From an uncultured bacterium (GTDB taxonomy: Bacteria; Verrucomicrobiota; Kiritimatiellia; RFP12; UBA1067), in the NCBI GenBank assembly GCA_902802945.1, contig CADCOC010000010.1, forward strand, positions 1,049 through 65,048: a DNA stretch of 64,000 nt, written 5' to 3'. Shown here in pieces: positions 32,870-40,344 of the stretch; positions within the stretch are counted from its first letter, which is position 1; each line of letters opens with the position of its first letter. The notes beneath the pieces were generated by a model. That model was not told the DNA's origin. It ran no database searches and saw only the letters and a list, made by a program, of their open reading frames with translations. The position numbers and the translations under genes are program-made.

Positions 32870-33591
32870 AACCAGTCGTCGTCATACCGACTTACAACGA
32901 ACGCGAGAACGTGGAGGCCATGGCCGCCGCGGTTCTCGCAGTACTGCCGCCCGAAGGGCAGTTGTTGTTCCTCGACGACAACTCGCCGGATGGCACTGGC
33001 GCGGTGATTGACTCAATCTGTGCGCGCGAGGCACGCGTCCACGTGATGCACCGCGAAAAGAAGGAAGGTCTCGGTCGCGCATACGTGGCTGGATTCGCCG
33101 AGGCTCTGCGGATGGGGGCGACGCACGTCATTGAGATGGACTGCGACTTCTCGCACGATCCGAAGGACGTTCCGCGCTTGCTTGCGGCGGTCGCGGGGCG
33201 ACCGCCCTACCAGGAGGGCGGAGCGGACGTCGCCATCGGTTCGCGCTACGTGAAGGGTGGTAAGTGCGTGGGCTGGCCGTTCCGCCGCTGGCTCATCTCT
33301 CGCGCGGGCGGCATCTTCATCCGTTTCATGCTCGGTGTTCCGGTGAAGGACCCCACGGGCGGCTTCAAGTGTTTCACGCGCCGCGCGCTTGAATTGCTCG
33401 GTGACTTCTCGTCGATCAAGTCCTTCGGCTACTCGTTCCAGATGGAAATGAACTACCGGATGTGGAAGGCGGGCCTGAAGCTCGTCGAGGTTCCCATCAC
33501 CTTCTCCGAACGCCGCGCCGGCGCATCGAAGATTTCCGGTTCCATCGCCGTTGAATCCCTCAAGATGGTCTTCAAGCTGAAGTTTAGCTGA
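32866..33591 (+). CDS. GT2 polyprenol-phosphate mannosyl/glycosyl transferase (Dpm1/Ppm1-like)
   Basis: Motifs [35 protein letters not shown] and AIGSRY. 241 aa. Confidence 0.82.
   Translation: MKPVVVIPTYNERENVEAMAAAVLAVLPPEGQLLFLDDNSPDGTGAVIDSICAREARVHVMHREKKEGLGRAYVAGFAEALRMGATHVIEMDCDFSHDPKDVPRLLAAVAGRPPYQEGGADVAIGSRYVKGGKCVGWPFRRWLISRAGGIFIRFMLGVPVKDPTGGFKCFTRRALELLGDFSSIKSFGYSFQMEMNYRMWKAGLKLVEVPITFSERRAGASKISGSIAVESLKMVFKLKFS
33189..33214. repeat. hairpin + CCCTACCAGG mini-element inside the GT2 gene
   Basis: GGTCGC-GGG-GCGACC followed by GCCCTACCAGG. Confidence 0.6.
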
Positions 33592-33637
33592 CCCATGCCG
33601 ATTTTACCATAAGCGGCATTGAGAAAAGTGAAAAATG

Positions 33638-33646
33638 TGGTATAAT
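33638..33646 (+). promoter_or_regulatory. extended -10 box TGgTATAAT
   Basis: Sequence tggtataat, 29 nt upstream of ATG 33676. Confidence 0.45.
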
Positions 33647-33675
33647 CATCGCCACGGAAAAGTGTCGAGGATTAG

Positions 33676-35571
33676 ATGAAAGCTGGAGAAATCAAAAAAG
33701 CCGTGGTACTGGCGGCTGGTTTCGGAACGCGACTCAGGCCGCTCACGCTAGTGCGGCCCAAGCCGTTGTTGCCCGTGTGGGGCGTTCCGATGCTCGAGCG
33801 CATCCTACGCATGCTCGAGTCGTGGGGCGTGGAGGAGATCGCCGTGAACGCCCACTGGCAGGCACCGCAGGTGCGCCAGTTCGTCGCAACACGCAAGGGC
33901 CGCGCGAAGGTGACGGTGGCGGAGGAGCCGGAGATACTCGGCACGGGCGGCGTGCTGAACCCGCTCCGGTACTTCCTCGGCGACGGCCCGCTCGGTGATC
34001 GGGCCCTACCAGGTGGCTCGTTCTGGCTCGTGAACGGGGACGTCGTGGCGGAGGGGCTAGACCCGCAGCCGATCGTGGACGCCTTTGAACGGAGCGGCCG
34101 TTTCGCCGCGTGCTGGCTCTCGGATACCCAGGGCCCGCGCACGGTCGAGGCCGACCCCGAGGGACGCATCTGCAACTGGAAGAGCGACGTGCCGGGTGAC
34201 GCCGGCACTTACACCTACTGCGGATGCGCGCTCCTCTCGCCGCAGGTGCTCGGCTACGTGGCGCCGTCCGGCTTCTCCACGATCGTGCAGGCCTATGAGA
34301 AGGCGATGATGGAGGACGCGAAGTTCGTGGTGGGCGTGACCGAGGAACAGGCGTTCTGGGGCGACGCCGGCACGCTCGAAAGCTATCTCGAGATCCACAA
34401 CGCGCTCGATCCCGATCGCTTCGAGGAAAACCCGAACGTGCTGTTCGAGGGCGTGAAGCTCGTCGACACCGCCGATCTCGGCGGGTGCGTGGTGACGGGC
34501 GGACTCGTGGGCGGCGCGTTTGAGCGCACCGCGCTTGTGGGACTCGACCAGATCGACGCGCCGCGTCTCGCGGCGCTTGCGGACGCGCTCGGCTGGCCGC
34601 GTGCGGACGTGGCGTGCGGCTTCCTCGGCGCGCGCGGCAGCGACCGCAGTTTCTGGCGGTTCGTCCATGGCGACGACCGCGCGATCGCGATCGAGTACGA
34701 CGACGCGAAGCGTCCCGAGAACGCGCGCTACGCGTCTCATGCACGCCTCCTCGCGGAGGCCGGCGTGCCCGTGCCGCGCGTGTTGGCGGACGTGCCCGAG
34801 CAGAAGGCGCTTGCGCTCGAGGACATCGACGGCGACTCGCTCGAAGACCGCGCGAACCGGCGCGGCGCCGATCTCGTGAAACTCTACACGCCGGTCGTGA
34901 AGGCGTTGCGCACGCTGCACGAGAAGGGCACCGAGCTCGCGCTCGCGCAGGACGTGAAGCTCGAGCCGTCGTTCGGTCCCGAGCTCTACGCCTGGGAACG
35001 CGATCTCTTCGAGACGTACTGCGTGAAAGAGCGCTTTGGCTATGACGCCCTCCCGAAGGACGTGCGCGCCGAGCTGGAGGACGTGGCGAGTGAGCTGATG
35101 CGCCAGCGTCCCGTGCTCGTGCACCGCGACTTCCAGAGCTCGAACGTACTTTACCGTCCGGCCCGCTCGGTGATCGGGCCCTACCAGGCGGATTTCGCGT
35201 TTATTGATTTCCAGGGGATGCGACTCGGCGCGGCCGCGTACGACCTCGCCTCGCTCCTGTACGACCCCTACGTGCCGCTCGACGAGAAGACGCGCGCCTC
35301 GCTCGCGCGGGTTTATCCCGTGGAGAAGCTCGCGTTCGGCGCGGTGCAGCGTCTCGTGCAGGCACTCGGCGCGTTCGGTCGGCTTGCCTCCGTGGGACAG
35401 CCGCAGTTCGGACGCCACGTGGCGCCCGCGCTCCAGAACCTGCTCGCGGCGGCGGACGAGGCGGACCTCGACGCGCTCGGCGCGTTCGCGGAGGACCTCA
35501 TCGCCAAGGAGGAGATCCGCCTCGGCCGTTTCCACCACCACCATCACGGTGAAGAAGGCGAAGAGGAATGA
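33676..35571 (+). CDS. fusion of a sugar-1-phosphate nucleotidyltransferase and an APH-fold sugar kinase (MurU-AmgK-like, peptidoglycan recycling)
   Basis: N-terminal KAVVLAAGFGTRLRPLTLVRPKPLLPV. C-terminal LVHRDFQSSNVL ... IDFQGMRLGAAAYDLASLLYD. Ends HHHHHGEEGEEE. Confidence 0.65.
   Translation: MKAGEIKKAVVLAAGFGTRLRPLTLVRPKPLLPVWGVPMLERILRMLESWGVEEIAVNAHWQAPQVRQFVATRKGRAKVTVAEEPEILGTGGVLNPLRYFLGDGPLGDRALPGGSFWLVNGDVVAEGLDPQPIVDAFERSGRFAACWLSDTQGPRTVEADPEGRICNWKSDVPGDAGTYTYCGCALLSPQVLGYVAPSGFSTIVQAYEKAMMEDAKFVVGVTEEQAFWGDAGTLESYLEIHNALDPDRFEENPNVLFEGVKLVDTADLGGCVVTGGLVGGAFERTALVGLDQIDAPRLAALADALGWPRADVACGFLGARGSDRSFWRFVHGDDRAIAIEYDDAKRPENARYASHARLLAEAGVPVPRVLADVPEQKALALEDIDGDSLEDRANRRGADLVKLYTPVVKALRTLHEKGTELALAQDVKLEPSFGPELYAWERDLFETYCVKERFGYDALPKDVRAELEDVASELMRQRPVLVHRDFQSSNVLYRPARSVIGPYQADFAFIDFQGMRLGAAAYDLASLLYDPYVPLDEKTRASLARVYPVEKLAFGAVQRLVQALGAFGRLASVGQPQFGRHVAPALQNLLAAADEADLDALGAFAEDLIAKEEIRLGRFHHHHHGEEGEEE
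33985..34013 (+). repeat. 29-nt hairpin mini-element, copy 1 (GGCCCGCTCGGTGATCGGGCCCTACCAGG)
   Basis: Identical to 35160-35188. Read here as GPLGDRALPG. Confidence 0.9.
35160..35188 (+). repeat. 29-nt hairpin mini-element, copy 2
   Basis: Identical to 33985-34013. Read here in another codon phase as ARSVIGPYQ. Confidence 0.9.
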
Positions 35572-37775
35572 GGTCGTCCGTCAAGCAGTTCCTCGCGCGG
35601 TTCCGCGGCGAGGGCGTGCGCCGTCCCGAACTCGTGGCGACGCGCGCGATGGGGCGTCGGCGCGTCTTCCATGCCTACGACCTCGGAGACGACACGTTCG
35701 TCTTCGAGAAGGGCGTGTGGACGGATCTCGACGCGCACGCCTCCGTGCTGCTCGCGCGCAAGAGCGACCTGCGGCACGGTGCGCGCGGCTACGTGATGAC
35801 GGTCACGACGGGCAACCACTCCGTCGCGGCGCTGCCGCTCCTCCAGGGGCAGTTCTGGGACCTTTCGCGCATCCCGGTCGCGAAGCGCGGCGACGTGATG
35901 ATGCATGCGATCCTCTGCGGAAACGTAGTGGACGGTAAACTTGAGCTTTCGCAGCGCGACGTGCCGTGTCGTCTTCTCGTGGAACTGGACGGCTGGCTCA
36001 CGGGCGCGCTTAAGTTCGCGCTCGGCGACGTGGTGATGCTCGAGCGCACGAGCGAGGCGCTTGAGCACTACCGCCAGCGTGGACAGGAATGGCGCGTCAA
36101 GCCGCTCGCGTGGACGGAGCGGGAGATGTCCGTGGCCCTCCGCGCAAGCCGCAAGCGCATCTCCACCGACCTCACCTACTACCACAGCTCGCGTGGCGTA
36201 CACTTCCTCTCCTACACCGACTTTCATGCCTTTGCTGAACTTGCGCGCACCGACTTCCCGCGTTTCCGCGAACAGCTCCGCGAGCTGACGAGCGTGTTTG
36301 AGGGACACGCCACATCCTTCCTCCGCCAGCCGAAGCTGCACGGCCACCACGAGATCGAACTCTTCGGCCTCTCGCGCGGCGTGGCACTCGCGCGTCTCGT
36401 GCCGGAACTCGAAAAGCTGATGGAGAAGATCGTGCTGCGGCGCACGACGCAGGAGGCGGTGGCTGCGCGCATTGCGGAGATCGACGCGCTCTACAAATCG
36501 CTTCTCACGCGCTCTGAACTGGCCGACGACGGATCCGACGCCTTCGTCGAGACGCTCTACATGCACCTGACGGGCGAAATCTACTCCGTCATGGGCGAAG
36601 GTGCCACGCCCGCGTTCGACGACCGGCGTACGGCACTCCCCGGCGCGACGTTCGTGGACGGCCGTCCCGTGTTCCACCCCGGCGTGGACTCGCGCAGCGA
36701 GGTGCTGCTCTCGAATCTCCGCGCGCTCATGAGCAAGGACGAGCACGTGGAGTACGCGAACGTGTACGAGCTGCGTACGGATGCGGACGACGAAGACGGG
36801 CTGGCGATCGGACAGGGGCGCACGCGCGAGATCGTCTACAAGTCCGACTGCCGTCCCGTGGTGGCCTCGCTCGTGGAAAAGCGCCTCTCGCAGTCGGGTC
36901 GCGGCTACGGCAGCTACGTGATCGCCCGCGTGCAGGCCTTCACCGCGCTCGGCGTGGGTCTCGCACAGTACCGTCTTCTCCGCCGCCGCTTCAACAGAGG
37001 GCGCAACTTCTTCGACTACTTCATCCGCACACGTTGCGAGGGCGAGCCGCTCGCGGACATCCCGGCCGGCTACTTCCAGATGGCCGGCGAATTCGGCGGC
37101 GCGGAGGCGGGCGAGGACCCGCAGGTGGTCAGCGCTCTCGCGTTCCTCATGGGCGACGCGGCCGCGCAGAACCTCGTGATGAAGAAGTACGACCCGGTGG
37201 CGAAGACCTGCCACTACGGCACGGGAAAGGAAATCTACCAGTTCGGCTACGACATCGAGGCGGGCCGCCTCATGCCGAAGTCCGTCTCGTGCTGTTCCGT
37301 GCGCGGTTCGCTCGGCTGGCCGGACGTGTCGCTCACGGAATCCAACCTCGACGCCATCTGCCGCTTCTACATCTCCTTCTACGCGAAGACGCTCGCCGCT
37401 TTCGCGGAGCGCCATCCCGTGGTGCCGCTGGCCGACCTCGGCAACCGCTTCTTCGCGGGTTTCGAGTTTCGCTTGCGCGCGATGGAGTGGCAGTTCACGA
37501 TCCAGCGCGACGCCTTCGAGACGTTCGATCCGCATCTGCCGCCGCGCTACGGCTTTCTCGCGAAGTGGCGTTTCGCCCTCTGGTCGCTTGAACGCCACGT
37601 GCGCCGCGTGAACGTGCTCCGCCGCGCCTTCCTCGACCGCATCGCCAATCCCGACGCCGTGGAAGTGGAGACCCCCGCCGAGGACATGCACGCGCTCGAA
37701 GACGCGAACGCGACCAACGTGCTGAGCGCCCTCGAGGACCTCGACATCCACTTCATCGGAGAATCCGGAGGGTGA
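35568..37775 (+). CDS. large conserved-looking hypothetical protein (735 aa); the C-terminal half is possibly an atypical kinase-like fold
   Basis: ATGA overlap with the upstream gene. Coding-like composition throughout. No motif I can name with certainty. Confidence 0.6.
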   Translation: MRSSVKQFLARFRGEGVRRPELVATRAMGRRRVFHAYDLGDDTFVFEKGVWTDLDAHASVLLARKSDLRHGARGYVMTVTTGNHSVAALPLLQGQFWDLSRIPVAKRGDVMMHAILCGNVVDGKLELSQRDVPCRLLVELDGWLTGALKFALGDVVMLERTSEALEHYRQRGQEWRVKPLAWTEREMSVALRASRKRISTDLTYYHSSRGVHFLSYTDFHAFAELARTDFPRFREQLRELTSVFEGHATSFLRQPKLHGHHEIELFGLSRGVALARLVPELEKLMEKIVLRRTTQEAVAARIAEIDALYKSLLTRSELADDGSDAFVETLYMHLTGEIYSVMGEGATPAFDDRRTALPGATFVDGRPVFHPGVDSRSEVLLSNLRALMSKDEHVEYANVYELRTDADDEDGLAIGQGRTREIVYKSDCRPVVASLVEKRLSQSGRGYGSYVIARVQAFTALGVGLAQYRLLRRRFNRGRNFFDYFIRTRCEGEPLADIPAGYFQMAGEFGGAEAGEDPQVVSALAFLMGDAAAQNLVMKKYDPVAKTCHYGTGKEIYQFGYDIEAGRLMPKSVSCCSVRGSLGWPDVSLTESNLDAICRFYISFYAKTLAAFAERHPVVPLADLGNRFFAGFEFRLRAMEWQFTIQRDAFETFDPHLPPRYGFLAKWRFALWSLERHVRRVNVLRRAFLDRIANPDAVEVETPAEDMHALEDANATNVLSALEDLDIHFIGESGG

Positions 37776-37797
37776 TGCTGAGCACATCGAGATAATT

Positions 37798-37836
37798 TAG
37801 CACCAATATTCGAAATCGAAAAATGGTGCTATTTTT
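37798..37836 (+). terminator. candidate Rho-independent terminator
   Basis: Stem TAGCACCA / TGGTGCTA (8 bp), 18-nt loop, then TTTTTG. Lies 23 nt after the stop at 37775. Confidence 0.5.
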
Positions 37837-37860
37837 GTCATTGCCGTACGGGACGGGATT

Positions 37861-37869
37861 TGAGATAAT
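37861..37869 (+). promoter_or_regulatory. candidate extended -10 box TGaGATAAT, with Shine-Dalgarno AGGAGG downstream
   Basis: Sequence tgagataat. AGGAGG at 37881-37886, 9 nt before ATG 37896. Confidence 0.35.
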
Positions 37870-37895
37870 ATGCGCCGTTCAGGAGGTACAAGAAA

Positions 37896-39362
37896 ATGAA
37901 GCGGAAAATCAATTTCATTGGCCGCGAGAGGGAGTTGGAGAACCTGATCGGGCTGTGCGGCAAAAGAGTGTCTTCGCTGGTGACGTGCCGTGGGCGTCGG
38001 CGAATCGGCAAGTCGCGGCTGATCGCCGAGTTCGCCTCGAGAATCGGCGCTCGTTTTATCCATCTTGAAGGTGTGAAGCCTCAGCCTGGATTTTCAAATG
38101 AGGTAGAGTTGCGCGAATTCGCGCGGCAGCTTTCCGTTCAGGTCCACAAGACTGTCAAGACGCCCGAGAACTGGCTGGAGGCATTTGTGGCGCTGGACGG
38201 CTTCCTGCGCGGGAGGGGCAGGACCGTAGTGCTGCTTGACGAGGTGTCCTGGTTCGGGCACTATGACAAGCTCTTTGCCCCCTACATCAAGGTGGCGTGG
38301 GACAATTACTGGAAGAAACACGACGGGGTGATAGTCGTCATTTGCGGAAGCGTGTCAAGTTGGATAAAGGAGAACATCATCGACAACGGCGCCTTTTACG
38401 GACGCCGCTCGCTGGATATCGTGTTGAGGGAACTGCCTCTTGACCAGTGCGTGCAGTTCTGGGGACGGCGCGCGCAGCGCATTGATTCTCGCGAAATCGT
38501 GGATGTCCTGGCGGTGACGGGGGGCGTGCCGAGGTATCTTGAAGAGATCAATCCGTCACTTTCCGCCGCAGAGAACATCAAGCGCCTCTGCTTCACGCCA
38601 AACGGAGTCCTTAGAGTCGATTTCGACGCGATGTTCAACGACGTGATCACGAACCAGCCGACGTTCACGGGGAAGGTTCTCCGTTGCCTTGTGGATGGCC
38701 CGCAAAGCACGGTGGCGATTGCGGAGAAGCTGAATGTCGAGAAGGGCGGACGGGTGTCCGCCGCCATAGACCGGCTAGTTGAGGCGGGAATCGTGTCGCC
38801 CGACAACGGAAAGAATCCCGAGACGGGGGCCTCGGTCAAGGAACGGAGATTTCGGCTCAAGGACAATTACTCGCGATTCTACCTCAAGTACATTGAGCCG
38901 GTCAAGGCGATGATTGACGACGGGCGATATGATTTTCTATCCTTGGAGACACTTGAGGGGTGGAACGCCGTCATGGGGTTACAATTCGAAAACCTGGTCG
39001 TGAACAATTTCGGCATGTTGATTCCATTCCTTCACTTGAAGAACGTTTTGCTGACTTCTGCCGCTCCTTATCGCAAGATGTCCGTCCCGTCCCTTCGCCA
39101 GAAGGGATGCCAGATAGACTTGCTGATTCAATCGCGCCGAACCGTCTACATCGTTGAAATCAAGAGAATGGCGGAGATCGGGCGTGGCATCATTGAAGAG
39201 GTGGATGCGAAGGTTCGGTGCTTGAAGACTAGGCCGAATGTCTCCATCCGGACCGCACTGGTCTATGACGGACACTTGGCTCCCATTGTTGAAGCCGACG
39301 GGTATTTCGACGCAATCGTGCCGTTCCGTGCGCTGTTGGGACTAGAGACGCGAGAGCCCTGA
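37896..39362 (+). CDS. AAA-type ATPase (archaeal-ATPase/ATPase_2-like) with a C-terminal DUF234-like PD-(D/E)xK nuclease-fold domain
   Basis: FIGRERELENL. Walker A CRGRRRIGKSRLI. Walker B-like VVLLDEVSWF. C-terminal QIDLLIQSRRTVYIVEIKR. The gene lies in a lower-GC block. Confidence 0.75.
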   Translation: MKRKINFIGRERELENLIGLCGKRVSSLVTCRGRRRIGKSRLIAEFASRIGARFIHLEGVKPQPGFSNEVELREFARQLSVQVHKTVKTPENWLEAFVALDGFLRGRGRTVVLLDEVSWFGHYDKLFAPYIKVAWDNYWKKHDGVIVVICGSVSSWIKENIIDNGAFYGRRSLDIVLRELPLDQCVQFWGRRAQRIDSREIVDVLAVTGGVPRYLEEINPSLSAAENIKRLCFTPNGVLRVDFDAMFNDVITNQPTFTGKVLRCLVDGPQSTVAIAEKLNVEKGGRVSAAIDRLVEAGIVSPDNGKNPETGASVKERRFRLKDNYSRFYLKYIEPVKAMIDDGRYDFLSLETLEGWNAVMGLQFENLVVNNFGMLIPFLHLKNVLLTSAAPYRKMSVPSLRQKGCQIDLLIQSRRTVYIVEIKRMAEIGRGIIEEVDAKVRCLKTRPNVSIRTALVYDGHLAPIVEADGYFDAIVPFRALLGLETREP

Positions 39363-39444
39363 CGATCCCGGCGTATCATAATTTTTGTCCGTTGCCAAAT
39401 CTTCGTTGCGAAAACTTGGCAATGGGAAGCGGCGGCTGAAATTA

Positions 39445-39453
39445 TGGTATAAT
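39445..39453 (+). promoter_or_regulatory. extended -10 box TGgTATAAT, 7 nt upstream of hslO ATG (leaderless-type arrangement)
   Basis: Sequence tggtataat, then attcggc, then ATG at 39461. Confidence 0.5.
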
Positions 39454-39460
39454 ATTCGGC

Positions 39461-40342
39461 ATGGCAACAGACGAACGAATACAGGCGCTTGATCCGGCAA
39501 CAAAGCTTTCCGTGGTGCTGTGTGACTGCACGGCAGCGGCGGGGGCGTTGGCGAGGGGGCACCTCTCCGGGCCCACGGCGTCGTATTACCTCGCCGAGGC
39601 GCTGGCGGGCGTTGCGCTGCTCGGCGCGGAGACGTCGCAGGACGAAGAGACCGTGACATTCCGCCTCGACTGTCCTGGCCCGCTTGGCGGGTTCCTCGTG
39701 GAAGCGACAGCCGCCGGCACGTTGCGCGGCTACACGAAGCAGAAAATCCTCAACGACTTCGACGGACTCGGCGCTCCGAAAGATGCGAAGGTGCTGGGCG
39801 AAACGGGCACCTTCGAGATCATTCGATCAATCCCCGGCGCGATCCTCGCCTCCGGCGCAGTCGCGGTAGGGGCGCCTCGCAGAGGCGACCGCTCGGAAAC
39901 TTTCGTCGCCCAGGGGCTCGACGCCTTCTTCGCGCAGTCGCTCCAACGGCGCGTGCGCACGGCCGTGGCGGCGGCGGCGGGCGACGACGGCGTGCCCGTC
40001 TACGCACGCGGCGCGCTCGTGGAGTGTCCGCCCGACGGCGACGCCGCCGCGTTTGAGGCAGTGGCGGAGACGTTTGCTTCCGGCGCGGTGCAGAAGGCGC
40101 TTGCGTCGGGAACGGTCTCCGCGCGCACGCTCCTGAAAAAGCTTGGCCTCCCGCAGGCGGAGTTGCGTAGCACGACTCCGCTTTCGTTCGCGTGCCGGTG
40201 CAGTGCAGAACGGGCGGAGGCGATGCTCGCTGCGATTCCAGAGGCGGAGCGCGCCGCGTTGCCGCCACAACTCGACGTTACGTGCCACATGTGCGGCCGC
40301 ACGTGGACTGTCTCAACACGCCGCACGGAGAAGGGGGCCTGA
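39461..40342 (+). CDS. hslO: Hsp33 family redox-regulated chaperone
   Basis: C-terminal zinc centre CRCSAERAEAML...VTCHMCGRTW (CxC...CxxC). 293 aa. Confidence 0.88.
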   Translation: MATDERIQALDPATKLSVVLCDCTAAAGALARGHLSGPTASYYLAEALAGVALLGAETSQDEETVTFRLDCPGPLGGFLVEATAAGTLRGYTKQKILNDFDGLGAPKDAKVLGETGTFEIIRSIPGAILASGAVAVGAPRRGDRSETFVAQGLDAFFAQSLQRRVRTAVAAAAGDDGVPVYARGALVECPPDGDAAAFEAVAETFASGAVQKALASGTVSARTLLKKLGLPQAELRSTTPLSFACRCSAERAEAMLAAIPEAERAALPPQLDVTCHMCGRTWTVSTRRTEKGA

Positions 40343-40344
40343 CG

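Noticed and set aside
35533-35571. HHHHH followed by GEEGEEE at the C-terminus of the MurU-AmgK fusion, which looks like an affinity tag
   Set aside because: No vector-like sequence flanks it, the codons are mixed (cac cac cac cat cac), and the stop overlaps the next gene start (ATGA). It appears to be native sequence.
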